Position numbers and translations under genes: made by a program. From Dimorphilus gyrociliatus (taxonomy: Eukaryota > Animalia > Annelida), in the NCBI GenBank assembly GCA_904063045.1, contig CAJFCJ010000003.1, positions 992,001 to 1,056,000 on the forward strand: a DNA stretch of 64,000 bases, given 5' to 3'. The stretch's first letter is position 1, and each line of letters begins with the position of its first letter. Below, piece by piece: positions 1-13,534 of this stretch. The notes beneath the pieces were generated by a model. It saw only the letters and a program-made list of their open reading frames with translations, did not search any database and was not told the origin of the DNA.

Positions 1-2286
1 TTTTATTTATTTCGGAAGTTATTAATGGTAGAAAGAGAAACGATTTTGGGCTTTTCTCTATATTTATTTAGTTATATTTATAAGGAAATCCGTAAGACTG
101 TTCGTTATTAACCTTGCTAATCAAATATTAAGGGCGAAACGACACGCGATACCCCCATAGTGCTGGGGCTACAAAGCTCTTATTCTGTATTGTTGTAGTT
201 GATGCAAAAGGTAAAGTCAATGAATGTTTATTATTAAAATGTCACTAGTTTCTTTCAAAGAACGCCCTAGGAACGGACGTAGTGCTCCCCTAGGCCTATA
301 ATAAATCATGGTAAACTTATCCCTTCACTGAAATAGTAACGACCGAGTAAGCGTGATGTATGTCTCTAAGGACTTAGGCTAAGAATATAAAAAGAACTAA
401 AGAAGGGGGGAGGGAGGAGGTTGAGTAAGAAAAGAATGGATATAATAGGTAGGCGGAATGAGCATATATAACTAAAAGAGAAAGGATATCAAGCAAAGAA
501 AACATAAAAAAATATAAGAGATACACTTCACGTTTCAAAGGAGAAGTTAATTTTTTAAGAAGTAAAAGAGAACACATGAAAAAAAAAACCAGGGAAACGA
601 AAAAAAAAATAAAGAGAATATATATAGTGTACACATTCCCTAAGGGTTCATGGGCTACACGATCCGAGATTTGAGATGACCTTCACCCTTTTACTCATTC
701 GTTTTATCCCTTTCTTTTAGAAAATTGAATAAAAATTTATCTAACATATGGACACGGCATGAATTATGTTAAAAATAGTAAAAAACTTATTAATCTATGG
801 TATTTTGTTAAAGTTTATGAATAATTAATAATTTTTTTTAAAAGAATACAAAGAAATATATTATTTTTTATAAAAAAACAGTAATTTTTAATGAAAATAA
901 TGAGAATTATATTGAGATCTTTTTCGTATTTAACTCACTTTTTTTTAAATATCTTTAAAAAGAAAGATTTCTTTATTTTCTACTAAAATATAGGAAAGGA
1001 AAAGAAAAGTGGAAGAAGAGTGTTTCTAATAAAAATTTCTTTAAAATAGCCTTTAAATTTTTGAAAAAGGCATTCAAGCGATCGAAATAAGGTTGAAAAG
1101 CAATATTTGAAAACTCTACGCTCCCTTTTGTAAATCTTTTAATCACTCACCGTCAAATTGTTGAAGAGCCTTTTTAAACCAGCTCGAACTACTGTCCGTA
1201 TTATTTTTAATAATATCCTCCAGCGTTAATGCGGCATAGTTTTTATATTTTTCCTCCACCTGCTTATTACAACAAGACAATTGCCTTTTTTCACTGCAAA
1301 GCGTTGCTGTTCGATCTAGTTTTTTTCCAATAACAAAAGAAAAACAAGAATTAGCTTTTTTTTTTCATATACGTATATTTGCTGCTTAATTGATTAAGAA
1401 ATATTAATTAAATACCTTGAACTTTCGACCTCGGAACGTCGATAAAAGTTAAATCATTTCTGGTAAAATCCCTTTGAGTTAGAGAGCAATCCGAGGAAAA
1501 AGTTTGGGGGAGGAAGAGAAGAATAATGAAGGCACACAGCGTGTGCATAGTCATCCACCTTTGTTCATGAATTATCCGATTAGAACAAATTTATATTATT
1601 GTGTTTTTATTAAGGCCTAATCTCGCTTTGTTATATTTTTTTCCCTTGTCTTCTTTTTTATGTCTAACTATTGACGAAACCGACAAGATAAAGTCACATA
1701 GTTGTACGCGCGCGCGCTGGTTTCCTTTTGATTTCAGCTGTCCCTAGATGTCGCTCTAGTGTATGTGGTTGGGTTTTTTATCGAAATATATAACGAAAAA
1801 TACGTAAAAGAGTAAAAGAGTCGTTAAAATGAGCAGACCTTTTCTGTTATTTGTGTTGAATGACTTGGTGACTTTTTTATTCAATAGATAAACGAATGAA
1901 TGTCGGAAACTACTCACGAATAATATCCGGCTTACAATAAGTATAAACCATACATAACACAAGTTTCATAAAATCACAAGTACAAGTAAACAAGTGCTTA
2001 ACTTGTTAGAGACAGGCCAAAATTAGGATAAAGTAATTGTTAATTTGCTTGTTAAAGTATTACATCAGTGACAAGAATTTTTAATTTCTAATGCTATGTG
2101 ACTTGGCTATATCAATATATTTAGCATACAGAGACAGGATAATTATTGTAAATTATCCTAAATTATATATAATATAACCATTTTTTTACAGGGTGGACTT
2201 ATTGATTGTCTAGCTTCTATTTTCGTTTTGTTGTTTAAGTTCAATTCTCTTAATTAGCTTTTATGATATTTTTGGGAGAGAAGAAT

Positions 2287-2312
2287 AGAGAGAGAGAGAG
2301 AGAGAGAGAGAG
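2287..2312. repeat. (AG)n microsatellite
   Basis: Uninterrupted AG run seen directly. Confidence 0.95.
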
Positions 2313-2648
2313 GGAAGGGTGGAAGGAAACGGGAGAAATAATAAATAAATTCAAAGGTAAGGGAGAATGATTTCTTCTATTCAGATATATATAAATAAGA
2401 GAGACAAGAGAAGAATAACAAGTAAACGTATATATGTAAATAATTAAAGAAAATTTAAAATAATTAGTTTATCATCTATCCTTTCGCTTTCTTTCAATGT
2501 TAGCGATAATAGAAATTAATGCAATTAAAGTTAAAAATCTTCTATCTATACAGTTTATATAAATAAATATATTAATTAATCTTTACATTCTATTCTATTT
2601 CTTTATACCAGTTTTCATAATTATAACAAGTATTTAAATTATACATTA

Positions 2649-2651
<3 letters not shown>

Positions 2652-2697
<46 letters not shown>
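2652..2697. repeat. (TA)n microsatellite
   Basis: About 23 uninterrupted TA units seen directly. Confidence 0.95.
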
Positions 2698-2700
<3 letters not shown>

Positions 2701-3499
2701 AATGTTCTCGTTCTCATGGAACGAAGAGGTTTGTCTTTCCCTTCGAGAAAAATTCTCATTAAACTCTCTAAGGTAATAGTTATGAGAAATTATATATATA
2801 TATATATCTTTTTAAACTATAGGCCGATATAATAGTATAAAGAACTTAAAGAGGAGAGGAAAGAAAACTCCTGTATTATTAAAAAAATATATCATATGGA
2901 AAAGATAAGAATTTCGTTTATATCGTAAAACCTCTATTTAAAATATTGTATAAGAGGTACTTTACAGATAATAAAATCAATTTCATTACTTTTATTCTCT
3001 TGGTCTGGTGTATATTTTGTTCTTTTTATAGTAAAAAACAATAAGAAATAGGTAATTCGCCTTGCTTTATTCTTATACAATTGTTCCGAAAGGAAGGATT
3101 TGTTGTTTGTATTTCTTAGTCTTTTTTATTATATTTATAATAAAAATAATAAAATGGTTTACCTTCTTATTCAATAAAATTAACAGTTTCAGATTTCTGT
3201 TGTTCAGAATAATATGAAAGAAATTGTTAAAATTAGGATTAATTACTAAAAAATCCAATTAAAATATATTTTCTTCCATTTTATGATCATTCAATTCTAT
3301 TATTTATACTTTTATGGTTATTTGTTTTATATTTTTCTCTTTATTGAATTGTGCACCCAACCGCTAGTATATCTTTCTGCTATTTGAATGATAGTAGCCC
3401 CCTCTATTGGACAAGCGAATTGAAATATCCTCGAGATGTTGCTACGTGAGTTCTATCGAGCAGACGACAAAAAGAAAGTCCAGCGAATATTCATCGGAA

Positions 3500-3556
3500 A
3501 TGGTGAAAATTGATCACTATTTACGTGAAAATGGGCGAAAAAAGGAGCAAATCTAA
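3500..3556 (+). promoter_or_regulatory. Out-of-frame upstream ORF (18 aa, MVKIDHYLRENGRKKEQI*) overlapping the HS6ST start codon
   Basis: ATG at 3500 in a different frame from the main ATG at 3531; stop TAA at 3554-3556, downstream of the main start. Whether it is in the mRNA is unknown. Confidence 0.45.
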
Positions 3557-6416
3557 ATTAATTAAAATTACACTATTAATTATAGCATTATCGTTATTGT
3601 TTATATGGGGTATATTCTACTCTAGAAGAAGATGTTTCGGTTCTTGTCTGTCTGGAACTCTCACTGATAGTAAATTGGACAAATACAATTTGTTAGAAAA
3701 TGAAGAATACGTTTTAGTATTCCTTCATATTCAAAAAACTGGTGGTAGCTATTTCGGGAGGCAGTTAGTTAAGAGTTTATTGATGAGGAAACCTTGCAAA
3801 TGCGTTCCTGGAAGGAAACGATGTAGCTGTCTACATAAAGGAAACAATTGGATATTTAGTAGATTTTCCACAGGTTGGGCTTGTGGTTTACATGCAGATT
3901 GGACGGAATTACATGAATGTATTGATAAGAAGATGAATAGAATAGAGAGAAAAAGGAGAAAGAGAAGGTATGTTCTTCGTTAGTAGTCGTAAAGGGGTAA
4001 ATATTTTCCAGGTTATTCTTATCGCTTTTAAGATAAAAAAAAATGGCAAAAAGAAAATAGAGTACTTTTGATTAATAGGATAGAGAATGTTTTTTATATA
4101 AAAGACCTAAATTTGACAGAAGATGTAAGAGTTGGAAATATTTTCTTTTATATTATACAAGTATATTAATAAATTTACATTACAAAACAAATCAATATCC
4201 TTCAGACCTCTTCATCCTAATATTAGGTAAAGAGGAAAGAAATACCAAATTCTTGATATTGATGAATGTGCAATAATTTATTATATACGACGCTAAAAGG
4301 TTGTTAAACTTAAGGTAGCAGACAATTACCAGTTATTTAATAAAATTCTATAATATTAGCAAGTATATTTAGCTAATTTAAACATTTCCTATGCTTTTTT
4401 CCTATAACAAATATTCCTTTATTTATTCAATAAATCACCTATAAAATTTTTATTGAATATTTTAAGGATTACTATTCAAAGTATATTAGTGAATAATACA
4501 TTAATCTTCCATCTAGGTGTTTTCGTATATGCAATATATACTGTATGTGTATATAATGTAATATTGCATAAATTTATCTATCCAATTAACTACTAATTCT
4601 CTTGATGTATATTCAGCATAATACGATTAGTAATGATGTGTAAAAATACGTTAGAACTTGAAATTATATACGAAAGAAAATTCACAGTTTTAATCATCTT
4701 CCCCCTTTTGCATCTTTTTCTATCTTCTTAAAATTCTTACCATTATGCAAAGTTCTCTCTCTCATTCTATTTCTTATTATTGACGTTTATTATGCTTGAT
4801 TAAAAAAACGTTACAGGAAGTGTTCTTGAAGATTACTCCATTAATTTCTATATTATAAAAAGAACAATAGAGACAAATAGAATTATGTAAAAAATAAAAA
4901 AGTTGACTATGACAAGGATTACTTGACAGCGTTTTTAATCTTCCAATTTCAACTTGACAATAACGTTACATAGTTTCTGGGGCATTTTTTTATTAGAAAT
5001 GTTAAAATATAGGATTAATTTCTGCAAATTTTCAACTCTTGTTAACTCTAGGGAGACAGATAGGAGATTGTAAATTGTATATATATATAGTTATCGTACG
5101 AGAATCTTAGATCATTGGAAAGGATTATTACACATTTTTTCATTAATCCATCTATAAAGACTACAAAAGTAAGATAGCAAGATAGATAGAGAAATGAAAC
5201 GAGAGAGATACATAGCTAGACAGACTGAGTGATGGGCATGGAATGATAAATCGATTTGGGATACACAATTTTGTCGTTATTATGTAAATTTTTACTAGAT
5301 TTAAATTACAAATCGTTGTAGTAGTGTTTCTGCCTTTTGAATTTTATTTATGAATCGACTTTTACAACAGTTTTCATTTATACTTTCTATTCAAATATTT
5401 GACATTGTATTTTATCAATTTGTTATTTGAAGTAAATGATTATCTTCTCCATAAGCATAGTATACTATACTATACTATTTCACGTACCTGTGTTTTTTCA
5501 AAAATAACCTTTCGACATGATCTGTCAATTCTCATAAATCCCATAATGACATTAAACTAATTTCTCGCCTTCGCTCAGATATCTCTACATAACGAACATT
5601 AGAGAGCCTGTTAAGAGATACTTAAGCGAGTGGAAGCATACTCAACGAGGAGCTACGTGGAAAGAAGCTACACTCTCGTGTCAGGGAAAGAAATATAGAA
5701 ATTTAATACCTAAATGCTATAAAGGTCAGCTTTGAAGGTTTCTTCATAACATTAGTTGTATTTTTTATTAATTTTTCATGTTTATAGGTCAAAATTGGAA
5801 ACGTGCAAGCTTAAAAGAATTCTGCTCCTGTCCTTATAATCTTGCAAATAATAGACAAACCCGTATGCTGTCAAATCTCTCTCTAATTGAATGCTATAAC
5901 TCATCTTTACCAGTTAACGTTCAAGAAGAGATTATGTATAATTCAGCAAAGAAGAATTTGCAAGAGTTAGCTTTTTTCGCTCTAACAGAATATCTGGTTG
6001 AATCGCAATTTTTATTTGAAAGAACTTTTAAGACCAAGTTTTTAATTAATTTTGTTACCAGCAACGAAACTAAAGCGGATACAATTGAACTTTCAAAAGG
6101 AGAGTTAAGACTTGTTCGTCTGGTTAATAAACTGGATGTAAAACTGTATAAATTTGCAAAAAAACTATTTTTTAAACGATATAATGCAGCTAAAAAAGAC
6201 TATTTTGATGAAATGGGATTCGAATATCAGTCAGAGAAAGATATTATTAATAACACAGCATTAGAAGATATATTAGAAACAGCTACCGATGAAGACATAA
6301 AGAATATTAAAAAGAATGGTCTTTCCTTGCTCAAAAGTACAAATAAAATCTTAAAAATTTCAAATAAAACAAAGATCACATTGAGAGCCTTATCTAAAAA
6401 ATCATCTCTCAAATGA
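3531..6416 (+). CDS. HS6ST: Heparan sulfate 6-O-sulfotransferase, 403 aa; join(3531..3967,5579..5724,5788..6416)
   Basis: Type II membrane anchor (ITLLIIALSLLFIWGIF), 5'-PSB motif FLHIQKTGGS, WIFSRFSTGWACGLHADWTEL, exon 2 YITNIREPVKRYLSEWKHTQRGATW (3'-PB), exon 3 CPYNLANNRQTRML. All match the HS6ST family. GT-AG introns with compatible phases (2, 1); the joined CDS is 1212 nt. Confidence 0.95.
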
Positions 6417-7610
6417 ACAATATCGCCTTTTGCCAATAATTTTTAATCACTTTTTAATTGTTTTCCATTCGTTAAGTAGCTTGTTTGCTATTATTTCAAC
6501 AATTGTTTTGAGTTTTTAATACATTATTGTCTTTTTAAAAGTTTTGTTTTCAATTTTTCTCTTCTTTTTTCGTCTTGAATAGAAGATTATGATATTATTT
6601 TTCATTGTATATTTTCATCGTTCACAACGAGAATAAATCATTTTGTTTCTGTTAAGCCTATATACTGTATGTTATTGATTATTGCTTGGAATATATTTTC
6701 CACGTCAAAGTTTTTATATATCTGAAGTGAAAATATTATACACTCTATATAATATTTGGTTAATACAACAGCGAGATATTAATTGCTAATTTACTGATAT
6801 TATTCTATTATATCTAATATACAGTATATATATATACTGTGTATTGCATAAGATACGCTTTAGCCTCCGGTTTTTCTTTGTTTGTATACTTGAAAGCAGA
6901 CAGTTTATATATTATACTTTTCACTTTTTGCTTTTGTCAATATTTTCCTTCAATTTTTGATTTACCATTAAAAATATAATTTGTACAGAGTCAACAATAA
7001 ATACTTTCCTTTTATTTCTATTTTCATTGCTACAGCAAGGTTACTCTACACAAAGCTCTAATTACATTAGCTTTTGAGTGTTTCAAAGGGAAGGCATCTA
7101 GAAGGTTTTTCTCTTTTCTTACTGTAAAAGAAAAAAATTGAAAGTCGATGTTCTTTTTATCAATAATTTTATGAGGGATATAGACGATTAGGAGAAAGGG
7201 AGTGAATGGTCCCATTGGGGTTAATGCCAAGGGCAATTGATAAGCCCCTATGGTTTTATAAAATGAATATAACATAAATGAGTACTGAATAGATTCATTA
7301 AACCTAGCTTTTTTAGTACGAATAATATCAAAAATGCCCAGAATAATATATAAGAATGATTAGATTAAAACGTCCTTGACTTTCATATAAATTCTGCAGA
7401 GATCGATGATGAGTATATCAAAGAGACTTTATTCTTAATAAATTAAATTAAAACGTTTTAAACAAATAAATTAAATAATCAGAAAATAGCCACAAGCCAA
7501 CATATTAAAATTTATTACAAGTTTGTAATTACACTACTGCCGTCGCTTTTCTTCCTTAAATCCAGCTGTTGCATTTCCGATGAAGGATCAACAATATTAT
7601 TTATGTAAAT

Positions 7611-7642
<32 letters not shown>

Positions 7643-10600
7643 AACAAGTAAAGAATCTACTAAGATTCTGTTTTCAAACTGAAAATTTTCTTTTAATGAG
7701 GTGAAACTGTAAAGTGAAAAAAAGCAGACCAACTGCAAAGTAGAATGGTTTGGTTTGTTTTATTTATTTTAGTTTTTTTCTTTTTTGCGAATGGCATATT
7801 ATGCTTGGTAAAGAGTGAGAGAGGGGCTAAGTTATTAAAAGGAGGAAAGGATGGAAAGAGGAACTGTTTTGTTCTTTTTAAAATAATGATACATTTTCAT
7901 TAGGGAAACAATTAACTGCAAGTGTTTTTTTTTATTCGTCTTATTATTAATAAATTCATTCGTTAAATTTTATTCAACGAACTTGTGTTTGTTTAGCTTT
8001 TGCCTTTACCAACAATATAAAAGATTCCCCGCGGAATTGATTACAAAAATTTCTCTTTCCTTATTATTTGTATGCTTTTTTCATTGTCTTTACTTTTACG
8101 TTGATTAATGATGTATTAATCTTCTAAAGTAAAGTATCTTTTCACATAAATTAATTGAATACTTGAATAATTGAAAGACAACTGCTTTAGGAACATTATT
8201 GATCACTTAGGCATTTGTTTATGGTTGTTTACATTTCAATGTAAACAAGGAAGCTCTGCCTTGTCCAAGTAAAGTTTAATATTAATATAGAATTTCCGAT
8301 GTTTCTGTCCAATTATACGTAGAAAAGATAACAGTAAAAACTATATAGAAGTTTGCTTACACCAATAAAAAGAAATGTTAAACTATAATGTATTTGTTAA
8401 GTATTAAATTTAAAAGTGAAGTTGAAAAGTATGAAAAATAACAAAAATTGGTAAATAGAATAGTCTCCTCTTCAATTTTTTCCCCTACTCCCGTTCCCCC
8501 CTTAGAAATAAAAGATTAGGCAGAGGATAAAAAAATATATTGACATCTAATTAAAAAGGATAATATCTTTTTTTCCGTATTTAATTCCCCGGATAATTCT
8601 AATTCCAGTTTTTGAAAAAGGAAAAAAATAACTAATCACATAAAATTATTAGGTTCTGCAATCCAAATGAAATATCTTTCTTGTTCAAACATTCCTTTTT
8701 ATCATTGTTCTTAAAGGGAAAGTTATTAATTTTACTCTGATAGATAAATCGTTATAAAGACAATGGTATCATATAAAATTCTTGAATAATTAATTATTAT
8801 CTGTCAATTCTTCATTCTCTCTTTTTTTGAAGAGATTAGTTAATTAATACACTAATTAATTCTTAATTACTAACTCTCCTTAATTTTTCCATTTTCCTTT
8901 ACTAGTAGTACTAAATGCGTAGATTTCAAATTGGAATATTAGTTTTCCTAAATGAAAAAATAGGTAATATATTACTTCAATGGCCTATTTCCTGTTAATT
9001 ATAAAATGATATATTTTACATTAAAAGTTTGACCTCTCTGTTGATTTTATTTAATATAGTCTATTCATAAAATTCATTAAATTAAACAATCTCTCCCCAG
9101 AAAAGAAAGCTCTGGCCTGAAGGTTTCGCCTCTTCCTCTTCTCAAAAAGGCAGACCCATTTGCTAGTATAGAAGATATAAATTAGACAAGTGATTTTTAC
9201 TTTATACTCTTTTTTTTCAGTAAAAATAACTATAATCAATAAAGAGAATGATGATATGGATTGATCGAACATTTATCCAAAATACTTTAGTCGATAATCT
9301 ATAATAAAAAAAAAATATAGTAGTAAATCAACTGGCTGAAAACTAGTTTATCGAATAGAGAATAATCAGCATAAAAGGGTCATATGAAGTATATTTAGTT
9401 ACGCAATTTTCGTCTTCTTCTTCATCTTTTTCTACTTTTTTTGTTTGCTAAATAAATTAAATAGAATGACAAATAAATAAAAAATAAGTTAAAGGTTAAA
9501 TAGTTATTTCTCCTCTCTTTCTCTCCCTCTCGGTACGTTGGATACTTATATTATTCGTTACTATTTGTATAGATCACTTTCTTCCTTTCCATTCAGTTTA
9601 AACATGATTATAGGCACATAAAGTAGAAGATTTAAAACTGCCCTCTTTTGATTATGGGCATCTGTTATTGCAAAATCTTAATAGTAGTCATCTTTCCTGT
9701 AAGGTGATTACAGAGTTTCCTCTATTGAATTATCGATCATTTTCCCAGCAGGTAACCAATTTTTGGCCAATTATCGAATTTGTAAATTAAATTTTATAAC
9801 AATCGACAAATACACTTGTTCATTTTAATTCGTTAATATACGTTTATATTTATATATATATAGTTAAATTGTTAGAAAGGTTTTAAAAACAAAAATCTAA
9901 TTTTTTATTGTCACAAAACATTAGCTTCTCATTATGAAATTGCAGAATCTAATCCATTCCAGTGTTAACTGTGCTAAAATAAAAGTGTAAAACTGGAAAA
10001 TACACTAAAAAAGAAAAAACATAAATTCTTATAAATCTTAAGAGATTCCTTCTTCTATACGTCTAGGGAATCGTTCAATTATTGATTTATAACAGCTTAT
10101 AATTATAATAAATATAAAGAAAAAAACAAAGTGTACAGTCTAACTTTTTAATATCTTAAACTGTTATATGTTTGATATGTAAATTTATTGAATCTAACTA
10201 CTATTTTAGGAGGGATTTTCATCGTATAAACATCAAATCCATTTCTATTACTATTTTTCAATGTCTAATTTCTAATATCCCCTTATTTTAGCATTATAAA
10301 GCACACTAATTTTACCACAATCGAAAGGAAATAGTATGAATATCTTTGTTAAATTATATATTATTAAATGATCTATTAGGAAATATATATAAAAAAGAGT
10401 TTAAGAGTTTAATATATGTTTTATAATAAATCTATATTTCGGGTATAAAGCTATATTTATATAAAGATAAGAATTTTTATTATAATCAAACTCATATCCA
10501 CCGCTTTATTCATTACAGTAAAGATATATATATATGTTAAAATATTAATATTTAGCTTATTGAAAATAGTCATTGACGTTGTCCAGATGTTGGAAAATTT

Positions 10601-13534
10601 TAATTAGGATAAGCCTATCATTTATATACCTATTTGGTAATGTTATTGTCCTTTCTAACCTTGTTTTCTACTCTCTCCTCCACCCGTTCCAAAAAAACAG
10701 ATTTTAGACTCAACAGTGGATTCTATCAGATCTTTAAATCCCTAAATTAGACAAAATCCACCCAATATAGTATTTAATTAATCTATAATGTATAGATAAA
10801 AAGATTAGAGTTTATTTCAACAAATACAACTAAAGTTGCTGTATTTTTCAGTTATGTATTTTATTTATCTGTTCTGTAATATTGAAAAAAAGATTTCCTT
10901 TTCATGGAAAGATTCATTAAAATTTTTATAGACTTAAGTTAATCCTTTCATTTTTAAACTATCTAATTAATTATCATACTACTTTGGATTGTAATCTTAA
11001 TCCTCAATTCTCTTTCCCAGGGGCGATTTTAAAAAAAAATTTACAAGGCCATTCGAAATAAGGAAAAATACATTCTTTTGATGAATCTGTTATTCAGTTG
11101 TTCATTTTAAAAAGACCAATAACTGAGAAAGTAGAATGCTGTGTAGCTTATCACTTAAACGACTTGCCGTTCTATTAAAGTTCGCAAAACGTCAAATATT
11201 TCTTTAAATAAACGTTCAAGGCAAAATCTACAAAGTATATATGCTCTCATATTTACATATTTAAAAGAAAATTTTTGCTTATTGAATAACTAATATAATA
11301 TGAAAATTACATATGTACAGTATAGATATATACTTTGCATCGGCTGTGTCTCCTTATGAATATTGCAGAATGTAAGGAATAGAATCAATCTTCAAAGTTT
11401 AGACAATAAAACTAAATGGTTGGACCAATTCTCTATGGAATTAATGTAATATGGAATGATTTTGAAATAGACACGTCATTCATTACATATATTTATATGA
11501 ATTTGGTATTCGATACTATTCTAGGCATTAAACAATGGTAGCCAATTCACTGTTGTTAACATACATACAACTCTCTTAAATTGATGACAGCAAATCCACT
11601 AATAAGAGTACCGAGAAAAAATATTGATAAGATCATATCATCAGGTATAAATAAATTGTAAACAAAGGATTCTTACTACCGCGATTTTCTTCCTAGCATT
11701 ACATTTAACTTTTAATAACAAACCAAAGTAAAAGGGAATAAGATCATTTGCTACATTCAATTATTACTTCTTGATTCATGCTTCAATTCGAAGACAGTTA
11801 ATATGGTTTATCATTAATACTGCTCAATAAACTCTTGAACTCTTTCAAACCTTTTTATGAAAATAATAAGCTAATCAATATACTACTTAGTTGCTAATTT
11901 TTTTAAACAATAACGTTCACTTCGTTGATTAGCAAATTACTTCATCAGTGTGTTGAAATTGAATCCTTAGAGCAAGGAAATTAACTACTTTAGATCTAAG
12001 GCAGTTTTTCAGTAAAGATGTTACAAAAACGTGTATAAAATCCCTGAAATATTCATCTAAGTATACGCTAAGTAGACGAATACTACTGAAATAAACATGA
12101 ACTAATCGTCGTTAAGCAGATAATAATTTTTTTTTCAATAGGCCATATAATGTAAAAGTTTACCCTAATTTAACATTCAAATTTCAATAACTTATGAGTT
12201 CAATAAATCAATTTTAATCGATTCCTTCTAAAAGTTTAACAATAAATGGGTTCTTTGTATTTTATGTATTCAGTTTCTTATATTCAATACGCTATTAACA
12301 AAATAGAGATCTCTTTTCTTTGTTTGATATCGATATAAAAAATATTTAATAAATCATTTAAATGAATAATAACACTTTTTCTTTAATTTTTACCTTTTAC
12401 GCCCCAAAAATACCTTCTATTGATAAGATTTTATTGAATTATTACTATTTCTAGCGTAATAAAAGTACTAATAAACGTAGAAGTTGTAAAAATTCAACAA
12501 TAAATCTATAATCTATTTAAATGATCCATAATTTAAATTTCCTTTTATTCTAAGAGAAGTTTCTCACTCTAGAGATACACAGGGATAGATATATAGATAA
12601 AGAGAGTCTAACAATAGAAAATAAATTTATATATTAACTTATAAAGCATGTTGCAGATACGTATGAAAAAGATCAATCATTGATTAGCAAAAGATGAGAT
12701 AAAAGGATTGAGGTAACATTTGAAACTAACGATATGAAAAACTAAAAAGTCTTTCTAGGAAAAATAGCTTAAGGTTAATAAACTCATCAATCTATATTTC
12801 CTACCATATGAGATTAACCTAGATAGGTTTTCTAGCCATTTGATTAATGAATAAATAAATATGTCTTCATAGAAAGATGCTCTATTTCGTACGATGTGAG
12901 GACAATATATAATTCTTTTTATAGTTCTCACATAGGGAATAATTTCGTCTCTAAAAGAAAACAAGACTCTCTGTTACTCTAGTATTCAGACAAGACGATG
13001 TGATACAGTTTACTAAACCACAAACGTTTCTACGTTCGTTGGATAAAGATTCGCTGATAAACATCCCCCTGCAATATTTAGTATGACTTTTATATTTGAT
13101 TGACTAACAAATTAAGCACTTGTATAAAATCTTCACTTCCGTTTACACTAAATTTGGATATTTTTCTTGTATTATATATTTAAAAATAGCTGTTACACTG
13201 TCTAAAGTCCAAAATGGAATGATTATTAATTCATATTTCACTTTTGATTTCAATCTAAAAAGATTAGACAGCATTATATTGCAAAATTTAGCTATAGAAA
13301 CTTATAGAAATGACTGCTTATCTCTTAACAATTAGTATGTCATTTCTTTACATTAAGATAACTGTAGTAATCTGTAAGAGATTATACTTTATTAATTAAA
13401 TGTTTAATTATTTAAATTGATAAGAAAGATTATATTTTCATTGAGAAAAAAATCATATATAAATAGTAGTAGAAGCTTTAAATTCTTATTTACAAAGCTG
13501 AAAAGAGAGGACCGGAAGAGATTGAATTTTAAAA

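Noticed and set aside
1-3300. Short ORFs 374..634, 1756..1962 and 3073..3258, and a slightly GC-richer patch at ~130-700
   Set aside because: F/L/I/K-rich translations typical of AT-rich non-coding DNA; no motif or consistent splice structure found.
7030-7275. 81-aa minus-strand ORF in a GC-richer patch
   Set aside because: No recognisable motif in any frame; possibly a repeat relic, but unsupported.
13417-13534. 60-aa N-terminal extension of copy A, and the track starts at 17483, 22614, 26322 and 36166
   Set aside because: These read through promoter or intron sequence, or start internally. A conserved signal-peptide mini-exon with a phase-1 intron explains all five genes better.
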